A DNA stretch of 40,193 bases from a virus, in the UHGV virus genome UHGV-1364435; one strand, given 5' to 3'. Both the position numbers and the translations under genes were made by a program. Each line of letters begins with the position of its first letter. Within the stretch, counting starts at the first letter, position 1. The notes under the pieces were generated by a model. It did not search any database, was not told the DNA's origin, and saw only the letters and a list, made by a program, of their open reading frames with translations. Positions 8,110 through 15,373 of this stretch are shown one piece after another.

Positions 8110-8282
8110 AATTTAGCCCCTAACCACTCTATGCAACGGCGTTTGTCGCCCTCATACATGGCCTGTTTATTCAGGTTGCCCCGGTTCACCAGCTCGCGGC
8201 GGTGCTCCTGGGCTACGATTAGCGCCGCCTCCAGTTCTGCGATCTTGGCGTCGGCTTTCTCGATTTGCTCGTCGATTGTCAT
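8106..8282 (-). CDS. small coiled-coil protein (58 aa)
   Basis: MTIDEQIEKADAKIAELEAALIVAQEHRRELVNRGNLNKQAMYEGDKRRCIEWLGAKL. It has ATGA overlap with the downstream DUF551 gene and a TGA/ATG junction with the upstream gene. It is below the track size cutoff. Confidence 0.4.
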   Translation of the reverse strand: MTIDEQIEKADAKIAELEAALIVAQEHRRELVNRGNLNKQAMYEGDKRRCIEWLGAKL

Positions 8283-8680
8283 TGTGATTGCTCCTCTGCG
8301 AAATAGGCCAGCGCCAGGAGAAAGGCACGCTGGTGAGAATTACTACCAGCCATTTTACGATACACTTTGCGTAATTTAGCTAAGTGCATGTCAAACGACG
8401 CCCGGCACCCCTCCTCGTCGGCCATCTGCACAACGGCAGCGAGTAAAGCTTCGTGCTGGACTTGCTCGGACGGTGGTGCATCATCTGCTACCGTTACTGG
8501 CTCATAGTACTGCGCGACGGAAAACTCGGCGTCTTCCAGGTTCTCGGTGCGATACCGGTTACGGTAATGCTCAACACACCACCGCACTCCATCATTGTCT
8601 TCCAATCGCCAATAGTCCATTTCGTACTCCCGGCCGACGGTGAACCAGGATACCTTTGACGCGGTGCAAATTAGTTTCAT
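8279..8680 (-). CDS. hypothetical protein (133 aa), paralogous N-terminus with next gene
   Basis: MKLICTASKVSWFTVG... It overlaps the upstream gene by 4 nt. The C-terminal half is acidic. Confidence 0.55.
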   Translation of the reverse strand: MKLICTASKVSWFTVGREYEMDYWRLEDNDGVRWCVEHYRNRYRTENLEDAEFSVAQYYEPVTVADDAPPSEQVQHEALLAAVVQMADEEGCRASFDMHLAKLRKVYRKMAGSNSHQRAFLLALAYFAEEQSQ

Positions 8681-8868
8681 GCTGGCACCTCTTCGAAAGT
8701 GGCGTCATCGAGACCCATAATGCTGGAATTGGTCTTGTCAAGTATCCAGGCCTTCTCTTCCTCGTTATCGTCTACTCGGATTATGTCTGGCCTTTCACCC
8801 GGCGCCGCGTCGCAAATAGCGCCCTCGGTAAACCACGTTACATTAGATGTTACGCACTTTAGTTTCAT
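8677..8868 (-). CDS. hypothetical protein (63 aa)
   Basis: MKLKCVTSNVTWFTEG... is the first gene after the promoter at 8901-8930. AGGAGCAAA lies in its leader. Confidence 0.5.
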   Translation of the reverse strand: MKLKCVTSNVTWFTEGAICDAAPGERPDIIRVDDNEEEKAWILDKTNSSIMGLDDATFEEVPA

Positions 8869-8900
8869 ATGTCGTTTGCTCCTGTGTAGTTGACGATATT

Positions 8901-8930
8901 AGTATAATCATATTGCAACCAACATTGCAA
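8901..8930 (-). promoter_or_regulatory. candidate promoter TTGCAA-N18-TATACT with GTTGGTTGCAAT in spacer
   Basis: Minus strand -35 at 8930-8925 and -10 at 8906-8901. The leader AGGAGCAAA is also present after the 12055-12084 promoter. Confidence 0.45.
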
Positions 8931-8948
8931 GTAGCGCGCAAAGAAAAA

Positions 8949-8973
8949 GCCCCAGCTGTTAAGCCAGGGCTTT
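8949..8973 (-). terminator. weak bidirectional terminator-like hairpin after endolysin
   Basis: The imperfect stem GCCCCAGC/GCCAGGGC is flanked by A5 on one side and TTT on the other. Confidence 0.3.
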
Positions 8974-9018
8974 CGGACCGTCAGGAGCAAATCAATCGTG
9001 TGCAATGAGACTATAGCA

Positions 9019-9513
9019 CTACTTCACGGCCCTGCCAATAGCCTCGGCCTCGGCTGCCGATTTGCCGTTGAACAGCGCAAGACGCCCGGTTGCGCGCCGG
9101 CGCAGGCCCAGCATCACCTTACCACCCTGATAGATAAACTGCGGCAGCTTGGTGCACAGCGTCGCGATGTCGCCACGGCGCAGCGCCTGGCCGGTGCCTG
9201 TAGCGGCGCCGATCACTTTCGGCCCGGCGTTGAATACCAGGTCTACCATAGCGTCGAAGTATGGGCCGGTAATCAGCGGATGCGCCACCGCGTCGACCTG
9301 GCGCTCGGCCTCCGCCATATCCTGGCGCAGTAACGCCAGTGCATCCGGTTCGGTGATGCTCGCCGGCGCCTGGGCGCGCGTCCCGGTGTGGCCGTAGCCC
9401 CAGGTCAGGATCCCCCGCTTCTTCTCTTTGGCCGTAGCATAATACGGCACAGGCTTAAACGTCTCCCAGCGGCGGGCGAATTCAACCCCGTTATCGCTGA
9501 CTGTTCTTTGCAT
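9019..9513 (-). CDS. endolysin, GH24 phage lysozyme family
   Basis: 164 aa. The N-terminal pattern S..G.......E...PYY......RGILTWGYGHTG resembles T4/P22 gp19-type lysozymes. There is no signal peptide. The gene follows two holin-like genes. Confidence 0.8.
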   Translation of the reverse strand: MQRTVSDNGVEFARRWETFKPVPYYATAKEKKRGILTWGYGHTGTRAQAPASITEPDALALLRQDMAEAERQVDAVAHPLITGPYFDAMVDLVFNAGPKVIGAATGTGQALRRGDIATLCTKLPQFIYQGGKVMLGLRRRATGRLALFNGKSAAEAEAIGRAVK

Positions 9514-9775
9514 GAATTAATCTCCGATACTTGATATAGCGCACCGACTTAACACAGGCGCTGCGCAGAAATGACAATGTGACCAGCACAAGGAGTGTCG
9601 ACCAGATGAATAACGGCGCGCTGCCGTCTTTGTAGATGTGGATCAGCCCGGCGCCGCAGGTGAGAAACAGGCCCATGAATACCAGGCGGCCCAGCAGGCC
9701 GTCGTCGACCCAGTGGGCGTAAATGTTAAACAGCGCGGTTGCGGCGATAACGGAAAGGCAGAAGGCACTAAGCAT
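9491..9775 (-). CDS. holin/antiholin-like membrane protein (3 predicted TM)
   Basis: 94 aa with three hydrophobic segments. The start overlaps the stop of the upstream holin-like gene by 4 nt, and the end overlaps the endolysin start by 23 nt. Confidence 0.55.
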   Translation of the reverse strand: MLSAFCLSVIAATALFNIYAHWVDDGLLGRLVFMGLFLTCGAGLIHIYKDGSAPLFIWSTLLVLVTLSFLRSACVKSVRYIKYRRLIHAKNSQR

Positions 9776-9777
9776 GG

Positions 9778-10056
9778 CTATTTACCCCACGGTAGTTTAA
9801 AGCTGCCCGCCGCCACTTCCAGGGACTCAAAGAATTTCCACCAGAAGGCACCGATCACAAAAGGCACCAGGTATTGCCCGTCGGAATCCGCCAGCTCGAA
9901 ATAGCGGATCCCAAACGGTGAGAAGTAAACGGCACAAGCGGCACCGGCGGCCAGGTGAGCGCAGCGCTTCCACAACGGTAGCTGCTCTGCTTTTTTCACC
10001 TGGGCCACGATGCCGCCGCATACGGCAGCGACGACAAGCCAGAAATATCTGTCCAT
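9778..10056 (-). CDS. holin-like membrane protein (class I-like, 3 TM)
   Basis: ATG at 10056 (MDRYFWLVVAAVCGGIVAQV...) with three hydrophobic helices. It is the first gene of the lysis cassette. The track ORF begins one codon earlier at an alternative TTG. Confidence 0.55.
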   Translation of the reverse strand: MDRYFWLVVAAVCGGIVAQVKKAEQLPLWKRCAHLAAGAACAVYFSPFGIRYFELADSDGQYLVPFVIGAFWWKFFESLEVAAGSFKLPWGK

Positions 10057-10090
10057 CAAAAAGGACCCCCGAATGAATAGTATTCGGGGG
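10057..10090 (-). terminator. intrinsic terminator / attenuator hairpin abutting holin start
   Basis: On the minus strand, CCCCCGAAT actattc ATTCGGGGG (10090-10066) is followed by TCCTTTTTG and then the holin ATG. The GGGGG arm is the only SD-like sequence available for holin. Confidence 0.55.
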
Positions 10091-10091
10091 C

Positions 10092-10121
10092 AGTATATGG
10101 CGATTTAGGATTAATCTGCAA
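10092..10121 (-). promoter_or_regulatory. candidate lysis-cassette promoter TTGCAG-N18-TATACT
   Basis: -35 at 10121-10116 and -10 at 10097-10092. It lies directly between the AP2-like gene stop and the hairpin. The predicted TSS falls inside or just before the hairpin. Confidence 0.4.
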
Positions 10122-10122
10122 A

Positions 10123-10470
10123 TTAGCAACGCTCAAAGTTATACCGGAGTATCTCTCCTGGGCGTATTTCCGGCTTATTTGGGATCGAATCTTCCGGATA
10201 CTCTTTCGCCCAATGGCGCCAAAGCCGGTAGGCTATCGCGGCGCGGGCAACTGATTTGAACGACCCAAGATTTACGTTTCGACCACGCGACCACACCATA
10301 GCCCGCCACTCGCAATAACCCCCGCGGTTCAGTCGGCTAACACCTTTAATTCCAGATGGTTCCGATTGTACTCGCCGCTTGACTGGTTTAACCGGCGCTT
10401 TACAGGTGATCTTGCGCTTCGCCGCCGGGAGTTCGCCTGCGCGTTTCAGAATATCGGTTGCAAGGCTCAT
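10123..10470 (-). CDS. AP2-like DNA-binding domain protein (standalone)
   Basis: Start at 10470 (ATGA overlap with upstream gene), 115 aa. The segment GVSRLNRGGYCEWRAMVWSRGRNVNLGSFKSVARAAIAYRLW resembles the AP2 domain seen at the C-termini of the two HNH endonucleases in this window. Confidence 0.45.
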   Translation of the reverse strand: MSLATDILKRAGELPAAKRKITCKAPVKPVKRRVQSEPSGIKGVSRLNRGGYCEWRAMVWSRGRNVNLGSFKSVARAAIAYRLWRHWAKEYPEDSIPNKPEIRPGEILRYNFERC

Positions 10471-10829
10471 ATTCCCACCCCCGAACGCTCGCGGCGCCCA
10501 CATAGACGGCATCGGCGAAGAGTCGCAAGACACCCGGTCCCTTTATCCTTAGACATTCCATACGCGACCCACTCATGCTTACATTCTTCCGGCTCCGGAG
10601 TAACGGCGACCTTGCCTTCCAGTTCGGCGATCAGCCGGTTGATGTACCATTGCGCCTTTTTCACGTCCTCCAGGCCGTTCTTCGCCTCGTAGCGCCAGAG
10701 GTATTTGATGACGTTGGCGGTACATACGGCTTCGATCCCGGTCTTGTTTACGGTTGCTGCCGTTATCGCATCGATGCACTCGACGCCGCCCTGGGTGTAG
10801 TGCGACGGGTGGTTTACGTTGTCGGTCAT
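10467..10829 (-). CDS. DUF3310-family phage protein
   Basis: The N-terminal NHPSHYTQGGVECIDAI signature suggests DUF3310. The C-terminal tail is cys/his-rich. Confidence 0.55.
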   Translation of the reverse strand: MTDNVNHPSHYTQGGVECIDAITAATVNKTGIEAVCTANVIKYLWRYEAKNGLEDVKKAQWYINRLIAELEGKVAVTPEPEECKHEWVAYGMSKDKGTGCLATLRRCRLCGRRERSGVGI

Positions 10830-11062
10830 TGGTCAACCTCCAGGCCGAGGCTTTCCAGTTCGTCCATGATCTCGTCGATACGGCGGTTAAGTTCGGCCAG
10901 AACAGCGGAGCGAACCGCCTCGACCATAGCGGCATCCTGATATGCGCTGGCGATAGTGATCCCTAATCCGGTACCTCGTACAGATGCCAGCTGCTGGCGC
11001 AATTCGGCGATGCGCTGATACTTGGCATACGCCATAGACAGATTTCCGATTTTCATGGTCAT
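10826..11062 (-). CDS. hypothetical protein (78 aa)
   Basis: Helical/coiled-coil-like sequence. It has 4-nt overlaps with both neighbours, consistent with translational coupling. Confidence 0.45.
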   Translation of the reverse strand: MTMKIGNLSMAYAKYQRIAELRQQLASVRGTGLGITIASAYQDAAMVEAVRSAVLAELNRRIDEIMDELESLGLEVDQ

Positions 11063-11256
11063 TTATCCTTACTAATTCGTTTCGGTGAGCAGTACGCGCG
11101 GATCTGCGCGTCGGGACGCTGGCCTTCGAACAGCACCAGCGAGTTTTCTGCTTTACGGGCGGCCGCCTGGCACGCCTCCAGCGTATAGAACGTCTCGGTA
11201 GTGGGCGGCGCCAGCACGCCCTGCGCCAGCACCCAGATAAACAGGACCGATGTCAT
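11059..11256 (-). CDS. small secreted/membrane protein (65 aa) with N-terminal signal-like helix
   Basis: MTSVLFIWVLAQGVLAPPTTETFYTLEACQAAARK... It overlaps its neighbours by 4 nt. Confidence 0.45.
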   Translation of the reverse strand: MTSVLFIWVLAQGVLAPPTTETFYTLEACQAAARKAENSLVLFEGQRPDAQIRAYCSPKRISKDK

Positions 11257-11780
11257 TCATACCCCCTGTACAAATTACATTTCAGGCACCGGCGATACGT
11301 CTTGCCGAAATACCAGATATGATCGCATTCCTCGGGCCGGGTGTCGCCGCATTTTGAGCAAATATCGTCGTAGCCTACCCCATTGAATTCGGACTGGTAA
11401 TCATGATCGCACCCGTGGTGCGCGGCTGCCGCTGTGCGCTCCTCGACCGCCTGAATAACGGAAATGCGAACGCGGTCAGACGGCAGCGCCTGCACGTGGC
11501 CGTTTGCGTTGACCCGGATAAACGCCAGGCCGGTAGTCTGCGCCGCGGCCAGCGCTTCGGTAACCGCCGGGCCATAACTATCCTGATACGCCGCGAGGTC
11601 CTCAGTAAGTTTTGTCACCTGCGCGAGCAAATCTGACACCTGGGACGCTAATACCGTCTTAATCGCCAGATTGGTCGCCAGATTGGTCTGCTGCAGGGCC
11701 GCGTAGTCTTCGTACGTAACGAACTCCCCGTCATCATCCTCGTAATAATCGTTATATGAAGCCATGTATCGAGTAACCAT
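11253..11780 (-). CDS. hypothetical protein with C-terminal Cys/His zinc-ribbon-like cluster
   Basis: 175 aa. The N-terminus is acidic. The C-terminus carries HHGCDHD...CSKCGDTRPEECDHIWYFGKTYRRCLKCNLY, i.e. CxxC-N19-CxxC. AAGAGGA lies 9 nt upstream of the ATG. Confidence 0.55.
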   Translation of the reverse strand: MVTRYMASYNDYYEDDDGEFVTYEDYAALQQTNLATNLAIKTVLASQVSDLLAQVTKLTEDLAAYQDSYGPAVTEALAAAQTTGLAFIRVNANGHVQALPSDRVRISVIQAVEERTAAAAHHGCDHDYQSEFNGVGYDDICSKCGDTRPEECDHIWYFGKTYRRCLKCNLYRGYE

Positions 11781-11781
11781 A

Positions 11782-12024
11782 TTAACAATCCTCTTTGCGG
11801 CAGCCGCGTTGCTCGGGCAGCGCTTTGCGTGTCGGGCGCTCCTGGTAGTTGTTGCCGATTAGCGTGTAGCTAGCGCGCGCGGCCGAAGAACCTAAACCAC
11901 CCCCATTCATAAGGTAAGATCCCGCGATACATATCACATCGCAGAGATGCTTTTTAGGCGTTCTGACAACCAGATACAGGTTACCGCTGAAATTATTGCG
12001 CCACACCTGGCCTTTCTTAAACAT
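11782..12024 (-). CDS. hypothetical protein (80 aa), first gene after promoter
   Basis: MFKKGQVWRNNFSGNLYLVV... is preceded by GAGAGGAGCAAATATC and by a TTGCAA-N18-TATACT promoter. Confidence 0.45.
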   Translation of the reverse strand: MFKKGQVWRNNFSGNLYLVVRTPKKHLCDVICIAGSYLMNGGGLGSSAARASYTLIGNNYQERPTRKALPEQRGCRKEDC

Positions 12025-12054
12025 GATATTTGCTCCTCTCGTTTCGGTCCTCTG

Positions 12055-12084
12055 AGTATATGTCTAAACCAATGTTGGTTGCAA
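12055..12084 (-). promoter_or_regulatory. candidate promoter TTGCAA-N18-TATACT overlapping GTTGGTTGCAAT motif
   Basis: Minus strand -35 at 12084-12079 and -10 at 12060-12055. It shares the leader AGGAGCAAA with the promoter at 8901-8930. Confidence 0.4.
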
Positions 12085-12391
12085 TACTGAATAACAAAAA
12101 TAAGGGCCGCGGTAACTGGTATGGTAGTCTACTAGCCTACTTGCGTGCGTGAAGTGCGGAATTCGCTAGGACTAATCTTAATAGCGACCACCACCCCAAG
12201 ACCCAGCAAATGCGGTATGCAAGACGCAAATTGACGAGATAGCCCACCACCTATTCCCGACTCTAAAATCTACGTAACTCGCTGCCAGAATCACCGCAAC
12301 CAACCAGAAAAATTATCCTGTCTCCTCGCACCAGATACTTGCTGCCGTGATATTTACATTCTGGCTATTGCAACCTCGCAATTAAAATGAT

Positions 12392-12458
12392 ATGCTCACT
12401 GCGTTCGCTTGGCAAAGCCCGCCAAGGCGACTTGCCTGCGACGCAAGAACGTGAGCAT
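12392..12458. repeat. 67-nt three-stem palindromic element
   Basis: The outer stem ATGCTCAC/GTGAGCAT encloses two inner hairpins: CGCTTGGC aaagccc GCCAAGgCG, and CTTGC ctgcgac GCAAG. On the minus strand it is followed by a U-rich tract (ATCATTTTAATT). Confidence 0.5.
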
Positions 12459-12545
12459 TTCAGGTTTTGCGAATAAAATCCCTCCATAAATCAATCACTT
12501 ACCTACCGACTCGCAATCCATTTTTGCGAAAACCAACAAAAACAC

Positions 12546-12640
12546 CCTAAGTCATTGAAAACGTTACTCGCAATTTCATTCGCAAAATTTTGCGAGTCTT
12601 GCGAGTCGATTCGCATTACTCGCAACACGTATTATTTTAC
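12546..12640. repeat. about 90-bp repeat element B (CTAAGTCATTGA ... ACTCGCAA ... TCGCAAAATTTTGCGA ... ACACGTATTATTTTACGAGTT)
   Basis: Second copy of the element at 3066-3152. It contains a perfect 16-bp palindrome at 12580-12595. It abuts the 3' end of the primase-helicase gene. Confidence 0.6.
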
Positions 12641-14937
12641 GAGTTTAAGTCCTCATCACTTGCAACCAATTCCGGAGGGTCAAAGTCGTTTACGCCAGTC
12701 GGCAGCCTGTATTGTTGGTTGTAAACTTCACCCGTATCCGGGTTACGGCCGTGCACTAAAACCCGTCGTCGCACCAGTTCTTCCAGCACTTTTTTATAGT
12801 TGCCGCTGGTGAACTTGTTTCCGCCTGCCGTGCCGATGGCATAGGGTGAATAGCCTTCCGGTTTATCCTCCAGCAGTTCGAGCTGGGCGACCATCACCTC
12901 TTCGGCCTTGTTCTTGGGCCCTGCGCCGCCGGAGGCTTTCACGGCCTCGCGGGCTACTTCGGAAGCTGGTGATTCGAATGGCGCCAGGGCGACCGGTACC
13001 AGGTACAGCGTTTCGTCACGCGGCGACATCTCCAGCGGTTTCGGCGTCCAGCCTGACAGCTGATCGGAAAAGTCCGGGCCCGCGGCGGTGGACAGATACG
13101 CGTCAACGCGGTCGGCGTGCGCCTGGGGGACGTCGATTTTACATTTCAGAAGGACGAAGCCGCGCGGCGACTGTTTGATGCCGTTACGCGCTTTTTCGTG
13201 ATAGAGGTTGATCTGGTGAGGCTTGGCCTCGTCCGGCTGCTCGATGAAGAATGCGTAATCCACAGCCCCATGCAGCGCGCCAGAGCCGCGGGCGGTACGC
13301 TGGCCCGAGGAGAACTTCGCCGGGTGGTGGATAACGCCAGCGCTGCCGCCGGTGGTCTCGGATATCTGTTTCAGCGCGCGGACGATTTCCCCCATATCGG
13401 TCGGGGAGTTTTCATCGAACGGCTTTTTAGCGGTACTGCGCATGGCGACTGTCTGGTTGAGCGAGTCGAAGGCCACCAGGCCGACGGGTGAATCGCCAGC
13501 TGCATCACGGATAATCTTGCATACCTCTTTCACGCCGCGCGCGTCGGTGATGTCGATCCCCTTATCCTGCAGGTCGATGATATGCAGCCAGTTAAGGTCG
13601 TCCTGGTACATCTTCTGCAGCGCCTGCTTACGATGCAGGCTGGTTTCGCCGCCTTCCGCATCGAAATAAAAGTTGTGGGCGCGCACGACACGCCGTCCGC
13701 CGAACGGGATCCCGGAGGATACGGCGGCCATCTCGCCGAGGACGAAGAACGATTTACCGATGTTTGACTCGCCGGCGGCGTACCACGTGGATTTGAAATT
13801 AATCAGGCCCTCAATGATGGGGTCACGCTTGGTGAACAGGGTAACAGGGTCGTCGTCCAAATCCTCGTCGGTACACTGGCCGGCGGCGGGACCATCTAGC
13901 GCGGCCATTACCTCAGCCTCGTAGACGTGGGTTATCTCCTCTTCCGGTAAATCCGGCAGCAGTTCGGCGATCTGCTTTTTGCTGATATTGTGCGCTTCCG
14001 GCAAATACTGGTCCGGCACGCCGCAAAGGCGCAGCAGCATGTGCTGGTGTGTATTGTGCTTCCTGCAGTGGTCGTGCTGGCACGCGAAGCGCACCTCGGG
14101 GTGAAGGGCGTCGGGCATCATGATCGCCGTGCTGCCGTCTGTCCCGTCGTTATCGCTGTGCTGGAAGTGGTTGGGGCACTGTATGGCGAAGCCACGGCCA
14201 GAGGATAACGGTTCGAGTCCCATTTCCCAGCACCACGCGGCGATCGCCTGGCTATTCTCGCTGGCGTTTTCCAGCGCTTCGTCGGTCCAGTTAGTCGACC
14301 CTGATTCGTCCGGCACGTCGAACCGGTGGCGCAGGATGCGGCGGACGCTGGCCGGCGCTGCGCGGTGGTCGATGGTCTCGGCCTCAATGTGCGGGGCGAA
14401 CATAAGGCGGGCGCGCTGGAATGCTGTTTCGTCCATCCCTTTCGCGCCGGTGAGCCCGAGCATATCGATGAATTTGTGCTGGCATGGCCAGATCTCATCA
14501 GCCAGCATCGGCCGGTCTGTCGGGATGAGGAAACGCCAGGAGCGCGATTTAACGCCGCCTTTCAGGTCGTGCCGGTCGCCGCAGGTGGAGTAAGCAAAGA
14601 AAGTGTATCCGCCATCCTCCAGCGCACGACGCACACGGCGGATCTCTTTGCTGGATACTTTGTCGATGTCGATAAACAGCAGGGACCGGGAAATGACGTT
14701 GTTGTTATTGCGCTTGTTGCGCTCAAACTCCGCAGCAACATACGGCAACCGGCCTTTCTTTTCTTCGTAACGATCTTCGGTCTCGCTGCCGTCGATGGAA
14801 ACCCCCAGCACGGGGTCGGCGCCGATCTCCAGCAGGTCGTCGATAAACTCATCCCAGGAGGATTCGAAAGCCTTCGGGCGATTGTCGGTTTTATGCCGGC
14901 CGAGAGAATAGGATATTTTTGATTTTAACCGTGGCAT
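12637..14937 (-). CDS. DNA primase / replicative helicase fusion (primase N-terminal region with Cys/His zinc motif, plus DnaB/RepA-like P-loop helicase)
   Basis: 766 aa. Zinc-binding-like CPNHFQHSDNDGTDG...CQHDHC. Walker A AAGESNIGKS followed by RecA/DnaB-like motifs. GGAG RBS. Confidence 0.8.
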   Translation of the reverse strand: MPRLKSKISYSLGRHKTDNRPKAFESSWDEFIDDLLEIGADPVLGVSIDGSETEDRYEEKKGRLPYVAAEFERNKRNNNNVISRSLLFIDIDKVSSKEIRRVRRALEDGGYTFFAYSTCGDRHDLKGGVKSRSWRFLIPTDRPMLADEIWPCQHKFIDMLGLTGAKGMDETAFQRARLMFAPHIEAETIDHRAAPASVRRILRHRFDVPDESGSTNWTDEALENASENSQAIAAWCWEMGLEPLSSGRGFAIQCPNHFQHSDNDGTDGSTAIMMPDALHPEVRFACQHDHCRKHNTHQHMLLRLCGVPDQYLPEAHNISKKQIAELLPDLPEEEITHVYEAEVMAALDGPAAGQCTDEDLDDDPVTLFTKRDPIIEGLINFKSTWYAAGESNIGKSFFVLGEMAAVSSGIPFGGRRVVRAHNFYFDAEGGETSLHRKQALQKMYQDDLNWLHIIDLQDKGIDITDARGVKEVCKIIRDAAGDSPVGLVAFDSLNQTVAMRSTAKKPFDENSPTDMGEIVRALKQISETTGGSAGVIHHPAKFSSGQRTARGSGALHGAVDYAFFIEQPDEAKPHQINLYHEKARNGIKQSPRGFVLLKCKIDVPQAHADRVDAYLSTAAGPDFSDQLSGWTPKPLEMSPRDETLYLVPVALAPFESPASEVAREAVKASGGAGPKNKAEEVMVAQLELLEDKPEGYSPYAIGTAGGNKFTSGNYKKVLEELVRRRVLVHGRNPDTGEVYNQQYRLPTGVNDFDPPELVASDEDLNS

Positions 14938-15002
14938 TGTTTATATTTACTCCTGGTATTTATGACGCGCTTCTGGTAAAGCCTCTCCGTTTTGGGTGAG
15001 GC

Positions 15003-15239
15003 TTATTTTTTATCCGGGGTGCCTTCCCCAAGCGCCAGCCAGCGAGCATCGCACTCCAGCGCATCCGCCAGGCGAAAGATACGCTCCATATTCAGGCTTT
15101 TAGTCCGCCCGTTCTGCACAAATGATAAAGCGGACTGCGAGAGACCCCCGCGCATTACGACATCTTGCTGGCGCAGGCCAAGCTGCTTCATCCGCGCATT
15201 AACGCGGAGCTGGAAAGGGTTACGGCGTGCTGTTGCCAT
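15003..15239 (-). CDS. XRE-family helix-turn-helix transcriptional regulator (Cro/CI-like, 78 aa)
   Basis: ATG at 15239 with AAGAGGA 8 nt upstream. The HTH motif is LRQQDVVMRGGLSQSALSFVQNGRT. It lies in the divergent promoter region opposite the plus-strand early operon. Confidence 0.7.
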   Translation of the reverse strand: MATARRNPFQLRVNARMKQLGLRQQDVVMRGGLSQSALSFVQNGRTKSLNMERIFRLADALECDARWLALGEGTPDKK

Positions 15240-15278
15240 TATAGGAATCCTCTTAATAGATAGGTTGACGTCTGCAAT

Positions 15279-15306
15279 ACTATAGTATCTAACCACACAT
15301 AATCAA
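15279..15306 (-). promoter_or_regulatory. candidate promoter for HTH gene (TTGATT-N16-TATAGT)
   Basis: Minus strand -35 at 15306-15301 and -10 at 15284-15279, within the palindrome TACTATAGTA. The CTAAGTCATTGA motif lies about 20 bp upstream. Confidence 0.4.
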
Positions 15307-15373
15307 GCATTCTCTGGTGATTACCACTAAGTCATTGATTCTAACGGTGCTGCAATTTAATTTGAAAAATCGC

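Noticed and set aside
8890-8908. TTGACG followed 7 bp later by consensus TATAAT on the plus strand
   Set aside because: A 7-bp spacer is incompatible with sigma70. The same DNA read on the minus strand gives a properly spaced TTGCAA-N18-TATACT promoter in front of the adjacent minus-strand operon.
11253-11780. Idea that the CxxC-N19-CxxC protein is a lambda Q-like antiterminator acting on the holin-proximal terminator
   Set aside because: Only the cysteine spacing is reminiscent of Q. Four genes separate it from the candidate promoter, and no other Q features could be verified. It is kept as a generic zinc-ribbon protein.
12086-12300. Possible tRNA or CRISPR-like feature in the large intergenic region
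   Set aside because: No GTTCGA T-loop-like motif or cloverleaf was found by eye. The repeats are short 8-9 bp half-sites with irregular spacing and no repeat-spacer periodicity. A tRNAscan or CRISPR finder run would be needed to fully exclude them.
14118-14922. Several long ORFs (126-198 aa) on the plus strand and in other minus-strand frames inside the primase-helicase gene
   Set aside because: They lie entirely within a well-supported 766-aa gene with clear motifs. High-GC DNA yields long spurious antisense ORFs, and these have no RBS and arginine/alanine-rich junk composition.
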